NCBI RefSeq assembly: GCF_044324785.1
Contig: NZ_CP172127.1
Reading direction: 5' to 3' (one strand)
DNA: 64,000 nt
DNA from: Escherichia coli
Lineage (GTDB): Bacteria > Pseudomonadota > Gammaproteobacteria > Enterobacterales > Enterobacteriaceae
Shown piece after piece: positions 28,367 to 44,025 of the stretch. Within the stretch, counting starts at the first letter, position 1, and each line of letters opens with the position of its first letter. Below the pieces are notes generated by a model. That model saw only the letters and a program-made list of their open reading frames with translations. It was not told where the DNA came from and searched no databases. The position numbers were made by a program, and so were the translations under genes.

Positions 28367-29166
28367 TCCCATTCAGGAGCCAGACCTTCCGGGCTAACCA
28401 GGCGGTCGTTGCAATCCAGTGCGGCGATCGCTTTTTTATCTTCGGCATCAAGCTGTAAATTTTGTGCCTTAAGATTACTTTCCAGGTTTTTACGTTTAGT
28501 AGAAGAAGGAATTACGGAGTAACCTTCCCCCATAGCCCACGCCAGAATCACTTGTGCCGGAGTCGCATTGTGTTTAGCTGCGATACGAGCAATAACCGCA
28601 TCTTTCAGGGCCTTACCATACGCCAGCGTCATATAGGAAGTAATATGGATGCCGTGCTGTTTAGCCCAGGCAACCACTTTACGGTTTTGCAGATAAGGAG
28701 AGAGTTCAATCTGGTTAGTAGCGATGTTTTCAGCGCCAACAGCAGCAATCGCCTTTTCCATCAATGGGATCGTGAAGTTGGAAATACCGATCTTACGCGT
28801 CAGCCCTTGTTTTTTGGCTTCCAGCAGCGCCTGCATAAACTCTTCAACAGAGACTTCATCGTTTGGTGACGGCCAGTGGATTAGCGTCAGATCAACATAA
28901 TCGGTACGCAATTTTTGCAGGCTCTCTTTCAGACTCGGGATCAATTTGTCTTTGCTGAGATTTTCAATCCAGATTTTAGTGGTGATGTAGAGTTCATGAC
29001 GTGGCACGCCACTTTCTGCAATCGCCTGACCTACTGCGGCTTCGTTATCATAGATTTGTGCGGTATCAATTGCGCGATAACCAAGTTCTAGCGCTGTTTT
29101 CACAGATGAAATAACAACGTCGTCTTTGAGACGGAAAGTACCTAAACCAAATGCAGGGATAGCCAT
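28363..29166 (-). CDS. dkgB: 2,5-diketo-D-gluconate reductase B (aldo-keto reductase)
   Basis: 267 aa; aldo-keto reductase sequence ([13 protein letters not shown]…); conserved position next to the rrnH distal tRNA. Confidence 0.92.
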   Translation of the reverse strand: MAIPAFGLGTFRLKDDVVISSVKTALELGYRAIDTAQIYDNEAAVGQAIAESGVPRHELYITTKIWIENLSKDKLIPSLKESLQKLRTDYVDLTLIHWPSPNDEVSVEEFMQALLEAKKQGLTRKIGISNFTIPLMEKAIAAVGAENIATNQIELSPYLQNRKVVAWAKQHGIHITSYMTLAYGKALKDAVIARIAAKHNATPAQVILAWAMGEGYSVIPSSTKRKNLESNLKAQNLQLDAEDKKAIAALDCNDRLVSPEGLAPEWD

Positions 29167-29285
29167 AATATGCCTCTTTTAATGCTATGTTCGTTAACTG
29201 AGGTGATTATGGACTTTAGACTGTTGCGGAAAAAGGGCGTAAAACGCAGAGGATTTTTGCGATTTTGGCAATAATAGAAATACAG

Positions 29286-29318
29286 ACGAAAAAAAACCTC
29301 GAGCGTTAACTCGAGGCT
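29286..29318 (-). terminator. Rho-independent terminator of the rrnH operon
   Basis: Minus-strand hairpin CCTCGAG-TTAACG-CTCGAGG followed by eight T, just downstream of aspU. Confidence 0.85.
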
Positions 29319-29328
29319 TCTTAATAAG

Positions 29329-29405
29329 TGGCGGAACGGACGGGACTCGAACCCGCGACCCCCTGCGTGACAGGCAGGTATTCTAACCGACTGAACTACC
29401 GCTCC
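29329..29405 (-). tRNA. aspU: tRNA-Asp (GUC), distal tRNA of rrnH
   Basis: 77 nt identical to the aspV copy at 21106-21182. Confidence 0.95.
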
Positions 29406-29457
29406 ACCGAATTCTTTTACAACCACCGGTTTTATGACCGACTTACTGCTTAATTTG

Positions 29458-29577
29458 ATGCCTGGCAGTTCCCTACTCTCGCATGGGGAGACCCCACACT
29501 ACCATCGGCGCTACGGCGTTTCACTTCTGAGTTCGGCATGGGGTCAGGTGGGACCACCGCGCTACGGCCGCCAGGCA
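29458..29577 (-). rRNA. rrfH: 5S ribosomal RNA
   Basis: 120 nt; reverse complement matches E. coli 5S rRNA (TGCCTGGCGGCCGTAGCGCGGTGGTCCCACCTGACCCCATGCC…). Confidence 0.97.
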
Positions 29578-29668
29578 AATTCTGTTTATCAGACCGCTTC
29601 TGCGTTCTGATTTAATCTGTATCAGGCTGAAAATCTTCTCTCATCCGCCAAAACATCTTCGGCGTTGT

Positions 29669-32573
<2,905 letters not shown>

Positions 32574-32747
32574 TCACAACCCGAAGATGTTTCACTTCAG
32601 AGTTGCGAAAATTTGAGAGACTCACGAACAACTTTCGTTGTTCAGTGTTTCAATTTTCAGCTTGATCCAGATTTTTAAAGAGCAAAACTTCGCAGTGAAC
32701 CTTTGCAGGTACACTCTGAAGTATTTTTTATTTAATCACTACAGAGA

Positions 32748-32823
32748 TGGTGGAGCTATGCGGGATCGAACCGCAGACCTCCTGCGTGCAAAGCAGGCGC
32801 TCTCCCAGCTGAGCTATAGCCCC
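32748..32823 (-). tRNA. alaV: tRNA-Ala (UGC), rrn spacer tRNA
   Basis: Reverse complement matches GGGGCTATAGCTCAGCTGGGAGAGCGCCTGCTTTGCACGCAGGAGGTCTGCGGTTCGATCCCGCATAGCTCCACCA. Confidence 0.95.
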
Positions 32824-32865
32824 ATAACATGTAGTTAAAACCTCTTCAAATTTGCGGTGCAAATT

Positions 32866-32942
<77 letters not shown>

Positions 32943-33010
32943 GTAGAGGTTTTACTGCTCATTTTCATCAGACAATCTGTGTGAGCACTACAAAGAACGC
33001 TTCTTTAAGG

Positions 33011-34552
<1,542 letters not shown>

Positions 34553-34734
34553 AAAAGTTTGATGCTCAAAGAATTAAACTTCGTAATGAATTACGTGTTC
34601 ACTCTTGAGACTTGGTATTCATTTTTCGTCTTGCGACGTTAAGAATCCGTATCTTCGAGTGCCCACACAGATTGTCTGATAAATTGTTAAAGAGCAGTTG
34701 CGACGCGGCTTTCAGCTCACTGTCGCGAGGTGGC

Positions 34735-34766
34735 GTATATTACGCTTTCCTCTTTCAGAGTCAACC
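34735..34766 (-). promoter_or_regulatory. rrnH P2 promoter (-35 TTGACT, 16-nt spacer, -10 TAATAT)
   Basis: Minus-strand hexamers at plus coordinates 34759-34764 (-35) and 34737-34742 (-10). Confidence 0.7.
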
Positions 34767-34844
34767 CTAAATTTCAGGATTTTTCTCTTCAACCGAACCG
34801 GCTGTTTGTGTGAAGTGATTCACATCCGCCGCGTCGATGGAGGC

Positions 34845-34902
34845 GCATTATAGGGAGTCGGCTCAGGAAGACAAGCGGAAAAATGCATTTTTATTTCAAC
34901 CG
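34845..34902 (-). promoter_or_regulatory. rrnH P1 promoter with AT-rich UP element (-35 TTGTCT, 16-nt spacer, -10 TATAAT)
   Basis: Minus strand reads TTGTCTTCCTGAGCCGACTCCCTATAATGCGCCTCC, closely resembling rrn P1 core promoters; AT-rich tract upstream (plus 34879-34900). Confidence 0.8.
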
Positions 34903-34917
34903 CTCATCTTTTAATCA

Positions 34918-35490
34918 TTACGCCGGTTTTTGCTGCTTTTTTATCGCTTGCGGCAGGTCTGCCAGGCTATTTAACACCCAATCCGCCGCGTTTTCTGCTT
35001 CAGGCGTAACAGGTTTACCCGTACGCACCAGCACTTTTGTTCCCACGTTCGCCGCAGCCGCTGCCTGCATATCTTCTAATTTATCGCCCACCATATAAGA
35101 AGCGGCCATATCAATATGCAAATAATCGCGTGCCGATAAAAGCATCCCCGGATGTGGTTTGCGGCAGTCGCAGACCTGGCGAAACTCTTCAACACTACCC
35201 TGCGGATGATGCGGGCAATAATAGATGCCATCCAGATCGACATCGCGGTCCGCCAGCGACCAGTCCATCCACTCGGTCAGCGTTTCAAACTGTGCTTCAG
35301 TAAATTTACCGCGAGCAATGCCAGACTGGTTGGTTACTACCACCAGCGCAAAGCCCATTTTTTTTAGCTCGCGCATGGCGTCAATAACACCGTCGATAAA
35401 TTCAAAGTTGTCGATCTCATGGACATAGCCGTGATCGACATTAATGGTGCCATCACGGTCAAGAAAAATTGCGGGTACGCTCTTCGCCAC
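34918..35490 (-). CDS. gmhB: D-glycero-beta-D-manno-heptose-1,7-bisphosphate 7-phosphatase
   Basis: 190 aa; HAD motif ([10 protein letters not shown]); conserved position upstream of rrnH. Confidence 0.93.
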   Translation of the reverse strand: MAKSVPAIFLDRDGTINVDHGYVHEIDNFEFIDGVIDAMRELKKMGFALVVVTNQSGIARGKFTEAQFETLTEWMDWSLADRDVDLDGIYYCPHHPQGSVEEFRQVCDCRKPHPGMLLSARDYLHIDMAASYMVGDKLEDMQAAAAANVGTKVLVRTGKPVTPEAENAADWVLNSLADLPQAIKKQQKPA

Positions 35491-35579
35491 CTTTTATAGC
35501 TCCTTAATAAGGCATGTGACGCTAGTATCGCATGTTTCGACCAGCAAGAAAGTGCTCTTCGCATAAACCTGATTGATTT

Positions 35580-35595
35580 AGACGTCTGGATGCCT
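35580..35595. promoter_or_regulatory. MetJ operator (tandem met boxes) upstream of metN
   Basis: Perfect AGACGTCT followed by degenerate GGATGCCT, about 85 nt upstream of the metN start. Confidence 0.65.
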
Positions 35596-35677
35596 TAACA
35601 TCCATTTCATTGACGGCGTTGCCCGTTCCAGGCATTCGAAATGCCACGACTAACTTAATGACGATAATAAATAATCA

Positions 35678-36709
35678 ATGATAAAACTTTCGAATATCAC
35701 CAAAGTGTTCCACCAGGGCACCCGCACCATCCAGGCGTTGAACAACGTCAGCCTGCATGTGCCAGCTGGACAAATTTATGGCGTTATCGGTGCCTCAGGC
35801 GCGGGTAAGAGTACGCTTATACGTTGTGTAAACCTGCTGGAGCGCCCAACCGAGGGTAGCGTGCTGGTCGATGGCCAGGAACTGACCACGCTGTCAGAAT
35901 CCGAGTTGACCAAAGCTCGCCGCCAGATTGGTATGATTTTCCAGCATTTTAACCTGCTCTCTTCACGTACTGTTTTTGGCAACGTGGCTCTGCCGCTGGA
36001 GCTGGACAACACACCGAAAGATGAGATCAAACGTCGCGTGACGGAATTGCTGTCATTGGTTGGTCTTGGCGATAAGCATGATAGCTACCCGTCGAATCTT
36101 TCCGGTGGGCAGAAACAGCGTGTGGCGATTGCCCGTGCGTTAGCCAGCAATCCCAAAGTATTGCTGTGTGATGAGGCCACCAGCGCGCTGGATCCGGCAA
36201 CGACACGTTCTATTCTCGAACTGCTGAAAGACATCAACCGCCGTCTGGGTTTGACGATTCTGTTGATCACCCACGAAATGGACGTTGTGAAGCGCATTTG
36301 TGATTGCGTGGCGGTCATCAGCAATGGCGAACTGATCGAGCAGGACACGGTAAGTGAAGTGTTCTCGCATCCGAAAACGCCGCTGGCGCAGAAGTTTATT
36401 CAGTCGACCCTGCATCTGGATATCCCGGAAGATTACCAGGAACGTCTGCAAGCGGAGCCATTCACTGACTGCGTGCCGATGCTGCGTCTGGAGTTTACCG
36501 GTCAATCGGTCGATGCCCCACTGCTTTCTGAAACCGCGCGTCGTTTCAACGTCAACAACAACATTATTAGCGCGCAGATGGATTACGCCGGTGGCGTTAA
36601 GTTCGGCATCATGCTGACTGAAATGCACGGCACACAACAAGATACGCAAGCCGCCATTGCCTGGCTGCAGGAACACCATGTAAAAGTAGAGGTACTGGGT
36701 TATGTCTGA
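35678..36709 (+). CDS. metN: Methionine ABC transporter ATP-binding protein
   Basis: 343 aa; Walker A (GASGAGKST), ABC signature (LSGGQKQR). Confidence 0.95.
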
Positions 36710-37355
36710 GCCGATGATGTGGCTGCTGGTTCGTGGCGTATGGGAAACGCTGGCAATGACCTTCGTATCCGGATTTTTTGGGTTTGTGATTGGTCTGCCG
36801 GTTGGCGTCCTGCTTTATGTCACGCGTCCGGGGCAAATTATTGCTAACGCGAAGTTGTATCGTACCGTTTCTGCGATTGTGAACATTTTCCGTTCTATCC
36901 CGTTCATTATCTTGCTGGTATGGATGATTCCGTTTACCCGAGTTATTGTCGGTACATCGATTGGTTTGCAGGCAGCGATTGTTCCGTTAACCGTTGGTGC
37001 AGCACCGTTTATTGCCCGTATGGTCGAGAACGCTCTGCTGGAGATCCCAACCGGGTTAATTGAAGCTTCCCGCGCAATGGGTGCCACGCCAATGCAGATC
37101 GTCCGTAAAGTGCTGTTACCGGAAGCATTGCCGGGTCTGGTGAATGCGGCGACTATCACCCTGATTACCCTGGTCGGTTATTCCGCGATGGGTGGTGCAG
37201 TCGGTGCCGGTGGTTTAGGTCAGATTGGCTATCAGTATGGCTACATCGGCTACAACGCGACGGTGATGAATACGGTACTGGTATTGCTGGTCATTCTGGT
37301 TTATTTAATTCAGTTCGCAGGCGACCGCATCGTCCGGGCTGTCACTCGCAAGTAA
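36702..37355 (+). CDS. metI: Methionine ABC transporter permease
   Basis: 217 aa; multi-TM permease; overlaps metN stop. Confidence 0.95.
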
Positions 37356-37394
37356 CGTTCAACACAACATAAATAATTGAAGAAGGAATAAGGT

Positions 37395-38210
37395 ATGGCG
37401 TTCAAATTCAAAACCTTTGCGGCAGTGGGAGCCCTGATTGGATCACTGGCATTGGTAGGCTGCGGTCAGGATGAAAAAGATCCAAACCACATTAAAGTCG
37501 GCGTGATTGTTGGTGCCGAACAGCAGGTTGCAGAAGTCGCGCAGAAAGTTGCGAAAGACAAATATGGTCTGGACGTTGAGCTGGTAACCTTCAACGACTA
37601 TGTTCTGCCAAACGAGGCATTGAGCAAAGGCGATATCGACGCCAACGCCTTCCAGCATAAACCGTACCTTGATCAGCAACTGAAAGATCGTGGCTACAAA
37701 CTGGTCGCAGTAGGCAACACTTTTGTTTATCCGATTGCTGGTTACTCCAAGAAAATCAAATCACTGGATGAATTGCAGGATGGTTCGCAGGTTGCCGTGC
37801 CAAACGACCCAACTAACCTTGGCCGTTCTCTGCTGCTGCTGCAAAAAGTGGGCTTGATCAAACTGAAAGATGGTGTTGGCCTGCTGCCGACAGTTCTTGA
37901 TGTTGTTGAGAACCCAAAAAATCTGAAAATTGTTGAGCTGGAAGCACCGCAGCTGCCGCGCTCTCTGGACGACGCGCAAATCGCTCTGGCAGTTATCAAT
38001 ACCACCTATGCCAGCCAGATTGGCCTGACTCCGGCGAAAGACGGTATCTTTGTCGAAGATAAAGACTCCCCGTACGTAAACCTGATCGTGACGCGTGAAG
38101 ATAACAAAGACGCCGAGAACGTGAAGAAATTCGTCCAGGCTTATCAGTCTGACGAAGTTTACGAAGCAGCAAACAAAGTGTTTAACGGCGGCGCTGTTAA
38201 AGGCTGGTAA
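37395..38210 (+). CDS. metQ: Methionine-binding lipoprotein
   Basis: 271 aa; lipoprotein signal (LALVGC). Confidence 0.95.
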   Translation: MAFKFKTFAAVGALIGSLALVGCGQDEKDPNHIKVGVIVGAEQQVAEVAQKVAKDKYGLDVELVTFNDYVLPNEALSKGDIDANAFQHKPYLDQQLKDRGYKLVAVGNTFVYPIAGYSKKIKSLDELQDGSQVAVPNDPTNLGRSLLLLQKVGLIKLKDGVGLLPTVLDVVENPKNLKIVELEAPQLPRSLDDAQIALAVINTTYASQIGLTPAKDGIFVEDKDSPYVNLIVTREDNKDAENVKKFVQAYQSDEVYEAANKVFNGGAVKGW

Positions 38211-38245
38211 TTTTTAGGCTGTTTCCACAATTTGTAATATCATTC

Positions 38246-38277
38246 AGGACGGGCGCTTGCCCGTCTTGTCATTTTTA
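38246..38277 (+). terminator. Rho-independent terminator after metQ
   Basis: Hairpin GACGGGC-GCTT-GCCCGTC followed by a T-rich tract. Confidence 0.6.
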
Positions 38278-38327
38278 CAAGCTCCTGATTCAATATTGAC
38301 GTTTTGATCATACATTGAGGAAATACT

Positions 38328-38732
38328 ATGCGTGCTTTACCGATCTGTTTAGTAGCACTCATGCTAAGCGGCTGTTCCATGTTAAGCAGATCCCCTGTCG
38401 AACCCGTTCAAAGCACTGCACCCCAGCCGAAAGCGGAGCCTGCAAAACCGAAAGCGCCGCGCGCCACGCCGGTCCGAATTTATACCAATGCAGAAGAATT
38501 AGTCGGCAAACCGTTCCGCGATCTCGGTGAAGTCAGTGGCGATTCTTGCCAGGCCTCCAATCAGGACTCTCCGCCGAGCATTCCAACCGCACGTAAGCGG
38601 ATGCAAATCAACGCCTCGAAAATGAAGGCCAATGCGGTATTACTGCATAGCTGCGAAGTCACCAGCGGTACGCCAGGCTGCTATCGTCAGGCTGTATGTA
38701 TCGGTTCTGCGCTTAACATTACGGCGAAATGA
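38328..38732 (+). CDS. rcsF: Outer-membrane lipoprotein RcsF (Rcs phosphorelay sensor)
   Basis: 134 aa; lipobox (LSGC); Pro/Lys-rich linker; C-terminal Cys pairs. Confidence 0.93.
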   Translation: MRALPICLVALMLSGCSMLSRSPVEPVQSTAPQPKAEPAKPKAPRATPVRIYTNAEELVGKPFRDLGEVSGDSCQASNQDSPPSIPTARKRMQINASKMKANAVLLHSCEVTSGTPGCYRQAVCIGSALNITAK

Positions 38733-39436
38733 GCAGTTTCCAGTTCGAGCAAATAGGCGTTATTCGCTCGCCCTATAAAGAAAAATTCGCCGTTCCGCGC
38801 CAGCCAGGTCTGGTAAAAAGCGCCAACGGCGAACTGCATCTCATTGCTCCCTACAACCAGGCCGATGCCGTTCGCGGCCTGGAAGCGTTCAGCCATTTAT
38901 GGATCCTTTTCGTCTTTCATCAAACGATGGAAGGCGGCTGGCGTCCGACTGTGCGTCCACCGCGCCTCGGCGGTAATGCCAGAATGGGTGTTTTCGCTAC
39001 GCGCTCCACTTTCCGCCCTAACCCGATTGGTATGTCGCTGGTAGAGCTGAAAGAGGTTGTTTGCCATAAAGACAGCGTGATTCTGAAGCTCGGCAGTCTG
39101 GATCTGGTAGATGGTACGCCGGTGGTGGATATCAAACCGTATCTCCCCTTTGCCGAATCGCTTCCAAATGCCAGTGCCAGCTATGCGCAAAGTGCGCCAG
39201 CGGCAGAGATGGCGGTGAGCTTTACCGCAGAGGTCGAAAAGCAGCTTTTGACGCTGGAGAAGCGTTATCCGCAGTTAACGCTGTTTATCCGCGAAGTACT
39301 GGCGCAGGACCCGCGCCCGGCCTATCGTAAAGGTGAGGAAACGGGCAAAACCTATGCCGTCTGGCTGCATGATTTTAACGTTCGCTGGCGCGTCACCGAC
39401 GCAGGTTTTGAAGTCTTTGCGCTGGAACCGCGTTAA
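38729..39436 (+). CDS. trmO: tRNA (adenine37-N6)-methyltransferase TrmO (YaeB/TsaA family)
   Basis: 235 aa; ATGA overlap with rcsF; conserved yaeB position before proS. Confidence 0.88.
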   Translation: MSSFQFEQIGVIRSPYKEKFAVPRQPGLVKSANGELHLIAPYNQADAVRGLEAFSHLWILFVFHQTMEGGWRPTVRPPRLGGNARMGVFATRSTFRPNPIGMSLVELKEVVCHKDSVILKLGSLDLVDGTPVVDIKPYLPFAESLPNASASYAQSAPAAEMAVSFTAEVEKQLLTLEKRYPQLTLFIREVLAQDPRPAYRKGEETGKTYAVWLHDFNVRWRVTDAGFEVFALEPR

Positions 39437-39546
39437 ATTCGCTCCCTTCTCTTTTGACATTTCTTTTGCACTGGTAAACTAAATCACTTTTTTTGTCCCA
39501 GGCTCGCCTTGAGCCTGTTCTACCTTCCAACTGGAACCGTAACAAC

Positions 39547-41265
39547 ATGCGTACTAGCCAATACCTGCTCTCCACTCTCAAGGAGACACCTGCCGACGCC
39601 GAGGTGATCAGCCATCAGCTGATGCTGCGCGCCGGGATGATCCGCAAGCTGGCCTCCGGGTTATATACCTGGCTGCCGACCGGCGTGCGCGTTCTGAAAA
39701 AAGTCGAAAACATCGTGCGTGAAGAGATGAACAACGCCGGTGCGATCGAGGTGTCGATGCCGGTGGTTCAGCCAGCCGATTTGTGGCAAGAGAGTGGTCG
39801 TTGGGAACAGTACGGTCCGGAACTGCTGCGTTTTGTTGACCGTGGCGAGCGTCCGTTCGTACTCGGCCCAACTCATGAAGAAGTTATCACTGACCTGATT
39901 CGTAACGAGCTTAGCTCTTACAAACAGCTGCCGCTGAACTTCTATCAGATCCAGACCAAGTTCCGCGATGAAGTGCGTCCGCGTTTCGGCGTCATGCGTT
40001 CCCGCGAATTCCTGATGAAAGATGCTTACTCTTTCCATACTTCTCAGGAATCCCTGCAGGAAACCTACGATGCAATGTATGCGGCCTACAGCAAAATCTT
40101 CAGCCGCATGGGGCTGGATTTCCGCGCCGTACAGGCCGACACCGGTTCTATCGGCGGTAGCGCCTCTCACGAATTCCAGGTGCTGGCGCAGAGCGGTGAA
40201 GACGATGTGGTCTTCTCCGACACCTCTGACTATGCAGCGAACATTGAGCTGGCAGAAGCTATCGCGCCGAAAGAACCGCGCGCTGCTGCTACCCAGGAAA
40301 TGACGCTGGTTGATACGCCGAACGCGAAAACCATCGCGGAACTGGTTGAACAGTTCAATCTGCCGATTGAGAAAACGGTTAAGACTCTGCTGGTTAAAGC
40401 GGTTGAAGGCAGTAGCTTCCCGCTGGTTGCGCTGCTGGTGCGCGGTGACCACGAGCTGAACGAAGTTAAAGCAGAAAAACTGCCGCAGGTTGCCAGCCCG
40501 CTGACTTTCGCGACCGAAGAAGAAATTCGTGCCGTGGTTAAAGCCGGTCCGGGTTCACTGGGTCCGGTAAACATGCCAATTCCGGTGGTGATTGACCGTA
40601 CCGTTGCGGCGATGAGTGATTTCGCTGCTGGTGCTAACATCGATGGTAAACACTACTTCGGTATCAACTGGGATCGCGATGTCGCTACCCCGGAAATTGC
40701 TGATATCCGTAACGTAGTGGCTGGCGATCCAAGCCCGGATGGTCAGGGTACGCTGCTGATCAAACGTGGTATCGAAGTTGGTCACATCTTCCAGCTGGGT
40801 ACCAAGTACTCCGAAGCACTGAAAGCCTCCGTACAGGGTGAAGATGGCCGTAACCAAATCCTGACGATGGGTTGCTACGGTATCGGGGTAACGCGTGTAG
40901 TAGCTGCGGCGATTGAGCAGAACTACGACGAACGCGGCATCGTATGGCCTGACGCTATCGCGCCGTTCCAGGTGGCGATTCTGCCGATGAACATGCACAA
41001 ATCCTTCCGCGTACAGGAGCTGGCCGAGAAACTGTACAGCGAACTGCGCGCGCAGGGTATCGAAGTGCTGCTGGATGACCGCAAAGAGCGTCCAGGCGTG
41101 ATGTTTGCTGATATGGAACTGATCGGTATTCCGCACACTATTGTGCTGGGCGACCGTAACCTCGACAACGACGATATCGAATATAAATATCGTCGTAACG
41201 GCGAGAAACAGTTAATTAAGACTGGTGACATCGTCGATTATCTGGTGAAACAGATTAAAGGCTGA
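39547..41265 (+). CDS. proS: Prolyl-tRNA synthetase
   Basis: 572 aa from ATG 39547 ([34 protein letters not shown]); longest ORF starts 54 nt upstream. Confidence 0.96.
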   Translation: MRTSQYLLSTLKETPADAEVISHQLMLRAGMIRKLASGLYTWLPTGVRVLKKVENIVREEMNNAGAIEVSMPVVQPADLWQESGRWEQYGPELLRFVDRGERPFVLGPTHEEVITDLIRNELSSYKQLPLNFYQIQTKFRDEVRPRFGVMRSREFLMKDAYSFHTSQESLQETYDAMYAAYSKIFSRMGLDFRAVQADTGSIGGSASHEFQVLAQSGEDDVVFSDTSDYAANIELAEAIAPKEPRAAATQEMTLVDTPNAKTIAELVEQFNLPIEKTVKTLLVKAVEGSSFPLVALLVRGDHELNEVKAEKLPQVASPLTFATEEEIRAVVKAGPGSLGPVNMPIPVVIDRTVAAMSDFAAGANIDGKHYFGINWDRDVATPEIADIRNVVAGDPSPDGQGTLLIKRGIEVGHIFQLGTKYSEALKASVQGEDGRNQILTMGCYGIGVTRVVAAAIEQNYDERGIVWPDAIAPFQVAILPMNMHKSFRVQELAEKLYSELRAQGIEVLLDDRKERPGVMFADMELIGIPHTIVLGDRNLDNDDIEYKYRRNGEKQLIKTGDIVDYLVKQIKG

Positions 41266-41274
41266 TGCCAGAAA

Positions 41275-41301
41275 GGGTCCTGAATTTCAGGGCCCTTTTT
41301 T
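41275..41301 (+). terminator. Rho-independent terminator of proS
   Basis: GGGTCCTGAA…TTCAGGGCCC hairpin followed by TTTTTT. Confidence 0.85.
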
Positions 41302-41317
41302 ACATGGATTGTATAAA

Positions 41318-42142
41318 ATGGATAAACCAAAGGCGCATTGCTGCCTGCTTCTCCCCTGCTTTCTTTTCCTTTCGGCCTGTACCGTAGATATCAGCCAGCC
41401 AGACTCATCAGCCACAGCGGTAGATGCCGGGGCAAAAACATGGGCTGTCAAATTCCAGCATCAAAGCTCTTTCACCGAACAATCAATAAAAGAAATAACG
41501 GTACCTGATCTCAAACACGGCGATTTGCTGTTCTCCTCAAGCCTTGGGGTAACCTCATTTGGAATCCGCGTCTTCAGCACTTCCTCTGTGAGTCACGTTG
41601 CAATCTATCTGGGTGATAATAACGTTGCAGAAGCGACAGGCGCTGGCGTCCAGATTGTTTCCCTCAAAAAAGCGATGAAGCATAGCGATAAGCTTTTCGT
41701 CTTACGAGTCCCGGATCTTACCCCGCAACAAGCCACAGAAATCACCGCGTTCACCAACAAAATTAAAGATAGCGGTTACAACTATCGCGGCATTGTCGAA
41801 TTTATTCCCTTTATGGTGACTCGCCAGATGTGCTCACTGAATCCGTTCTCCGAGGATTTTCGTCAACAGTGCGTCAGCGGCCTGGCGAAAGCGCAGTTAA
41901 GCAGTGTGGGCGAAGGAGACAAAAAGTCGTGGTTTTGTTCGGAATTTGTCACTGATGCATTTGCTAAAGCCGGGCATCCGCTTACACTGGCGCAATCGGG
42001 CTGGATTAGCCCTGCCGATCTGATGCATATGCGTATTGGTGATGTCTCTGCGTTTAAGCCAGAAACGCAGTTACAGTATGTTGGGCACCTGAAGCCAGGG
42101 ATTTATATCAAGGCGGGTCGCTTTGTTGGGCTGACTCAGTGA
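41318..42142 (+). CDS. yaeF: YaeF/YiiX-family lipoprotein (putative permuted papain-like peptidase)
   Basis: About 274 aa; lipobox (FLSAC); conserved position between proS and nlpE; start may be 41309 or 41318. Confidence 0.8.
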   Translation: MDKPKAHCCLLLPCFLFLSACTVDISQPDSSATAVDAGAKTWAVKFQHQSSFTEQSIKEITVPDLKHGDLLFSSSLGVTSFGIRVFSTSSVSHVAIYLGDNNVAEATGAGVQIVSLKKAMKHSDKLFVLRVPDLTPQQATEITAFTNKIKDSGYNYRGIVEFIPFMVTRQMCSLNPFSEDFRQQCVSGLAKAQLSSVGEGDKKSWFCSEFVTDAFAKAGHPLTLAQSGWISPADLMHMRIGDVSAFKPETQLQYVGHLKPGIYIKAGRFVGLTQ

Positions 42143-42143
42143 T

Positions 42144-42169
42144 GAAAGCCGGAGAATGCTCCGGCTTTC
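42144..42169. terminator. Bidirectional terminator between yaeF and nlpE
   Basis: Hairpin AAAGCCGGAG-AATG-CTCCGGCTTT between convergent genes. Confidence 0.7.
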
Positions 42170-42171
42170 AA

Positions 42172-42882
42172 TTACTGCCCCAAACTACTGCAATCCTGGT
42201 TCGGATAAAATTTACCCGCCGTATCGGGCGCTAATACTTTGGTTGGCGCACCGGTATCCGGATTAGCCTCAAGCGTAAAGTGCCCTTCTAATGACAGTAA
42301 CATCGGTTTTTCACTATGACCGCGCGCAGCCAGGTAGCCACGCTCCAGCTCTGCGTTATTCGCTACCATGAAACGTTTTCCGGTCGCGCAATCAGTGAAG
42401 GTCGCCGCATCAGCCATATAAAAATACATGCCCCGCAGGGTCATCGGCGTCATGGGTAAACTGGATTGTGCCGGTTCCAGCGTATAGTTGAACTGCGATT
42501 CAATCGGATTACCTTCACGATCGAGCATCTCCAGCGCATCTCCTTTCGCCCGATAATATGACTTTTCACCTTTGCTGTCGGTTAATACCAGCTTGTCAGC
42601 GGTTCGCGCCCATGTACCGTAGGAAGCGAAAGAGGAAGGCTCTTCACGCGCACCAAGATAGCGTTCATTCATCACCCAGGTTCCATCTTTTTCGAGGAAC
42701 AAAGAGGTTTCGATCCCTTCGCAATCGGCACACGGCAGCACGCCGCGCCAACTTTGCGGCATCGGTTTCAGTTCGGCAGCCTGCGCCGGAGAAAGCGTGT
42801 CGACTTCGGCCCGATTATTACATCCCATCAGAGTAAAGAGGCTGATTACAGCCATCGCTGTCACTATCGCTTTTTTCACCAT
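42172..42882 (-). CDS. nlpE: Envelope stress sensor lipoprotein NlpE (CutF)
   Basis: 236 aa; lipobox (LMGC); CxxC motif. Confidence 0.93.
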   Translation of the reverse strand: MVKKAIVTAMAVISLFTLMGCNNRAEVDTLSPAQAAELKPMPQSWRGVLPCADCEGIETSLFLEKDGTWVMNERYLGAREEPSSFASYGTWARTADKLVLTDSKGEKSYYRAKGDALEMLDREGNPIESQFNYTLEPAQSSLPMTPMTLRGMYFYMADAATFTDCATGKRFMVANNAELERGYLAARGHSEKPMLLSLEGHFTLEANPDTGAPTKVLAPDTAGKFYPNQDCSSLGQ

Positions 42883-42895
42883 CCATTCCTTCTTT

Positions 42896-43318
42896 TTATT
42901 CCCGACCGCTGCGCACTTTGCCGCGCATCGCCTTCACGCTTGATTTTTGTGCTTTCGATGCCAGCCTGCGCTCTTTTGATGCGCGGGTGGGCCGCGTGGG
43001 TCGTCGGGCTTTTTGTTCTGTTGTTAAATCTTTAATCACTGCCACCAGCCGGGCCAGCGCCGCTTCGCGGTTGAGCTCCTGATTGCGGTATTCCTGTGCC
43101 TTAATGACAATCACCCCATCACTGCTGATCAAGTGATGGCTGGCGGCGAGCAGACGTTCTTTGTAATACTCTGGCAGGCTGGACGCCCGAATGTCAAAAC
43201 GCAGATGAATAGCCGTTGAGGTCTTATTAACATGCTGCCCGCCCGCGCCCTGCGCACGAATGGCGGTGATCTCAAGCTCACCATCGGGGATAGCAACATG
43301 TCGGGAAATCACAATCAT
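42896..43318 (-). CDS. arfB: Peptidyl-tRNA hydrolase ArfB (YaeJ), ribosome rescue factor
   Basis: 140 aa; GGQ motif ([15 protein letters not shown]); basic C-terminal tail. Confidence 0.93.
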   Translation of the reverse strand: MIVISRHVAIPDGELEITAIRAQGAGGQHVNKTSTAIHLRFDIRASSLPEYYKERLLAASHHLISSDGVIVIKAQEYRNQELNREAALARLVAVIKDLTTEQKARRPTRPTRASKERRLASKAQKSSVKAMRGKVRSGRE

Positions 43319-43860
43319 GAAGGTTGTTGCCAGGCGGTTAAGTTCACTTCCAGATTATTCTTATCATCCGATAACCAGATCACGCCATCCTGAATCGTTG
43401 CCTGCAGTGTCATGGTACGATCGGCAAAGGCGCTTACTTTCGCCAGTTGTTCATCGTCCAGATACCAGATGGAAAGATTGGAAAACTGCGCGCATTTGCT
43501 CTGATTTTGCTGCCACCAGATTTGCGCCGCCCGACTATTATAGGCAAACAGCGCCACTTCTGCGGCCTGGGTGCAGGCTTTCTTAATCCGCCGCTCATCC
43601 GGCAGCCCCAGCTCAATCCACAAATCAATGCCCAGGTGATCGTTACGCAGCCACGCTTCCGGCTCATCATCGGCACATAAACCACGGGTAAATTGCAGAC
43701 GTTCATCAGCATATTTCAGCCACGCCAGCAGGCGCAGCATCATACGCTCCTGGGTTTCTGAAGGATGGCGCGCCAGCGTCAGAGAGGCATCGAGAAACTG
43801 GTTACGGTCGAGATCGGCCACATTAACCGTTGCTTTATAAATTGTCGCTTTAAGCGCCAT
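43315..43860 (-). CDS. yaeQ: YaeQ family protein
   Basis: 181 aa; conserved position; overlaps arfB start. Confidence 0.88.
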   Translation of the reverse strand: MALKATIYKATVNVADLDRNQFLDASLTLARHPSETQERMMLRLLAWLKYADERLQFTRGLCADDEPEAWLRNDHLGIDLWIELGLPDERRIKKACTQAAEVALFAYNSRAAQIWWQQNQSKCAQFSNLSIWYLDDEQLAKVSAFADRTMTLQATIQDGVIWLSDDKNNLEVNLTAWQQPS

Positions 43861-44025
43861 AAGAAAACTCCTTTCGAATCAGGAGGCCATTGTAACGGAA
43901 TACGTGCAGTTGCGGCGCTGATATTGCAGAAATGAGTGTGGTATAGTCACCTTGCGAAACAGAGTTTATCTTCGTAGGCTTAGACTTGCATCCACGGTTA
44001 AGTCAGAGTGCTGACAGGAGGGCAT

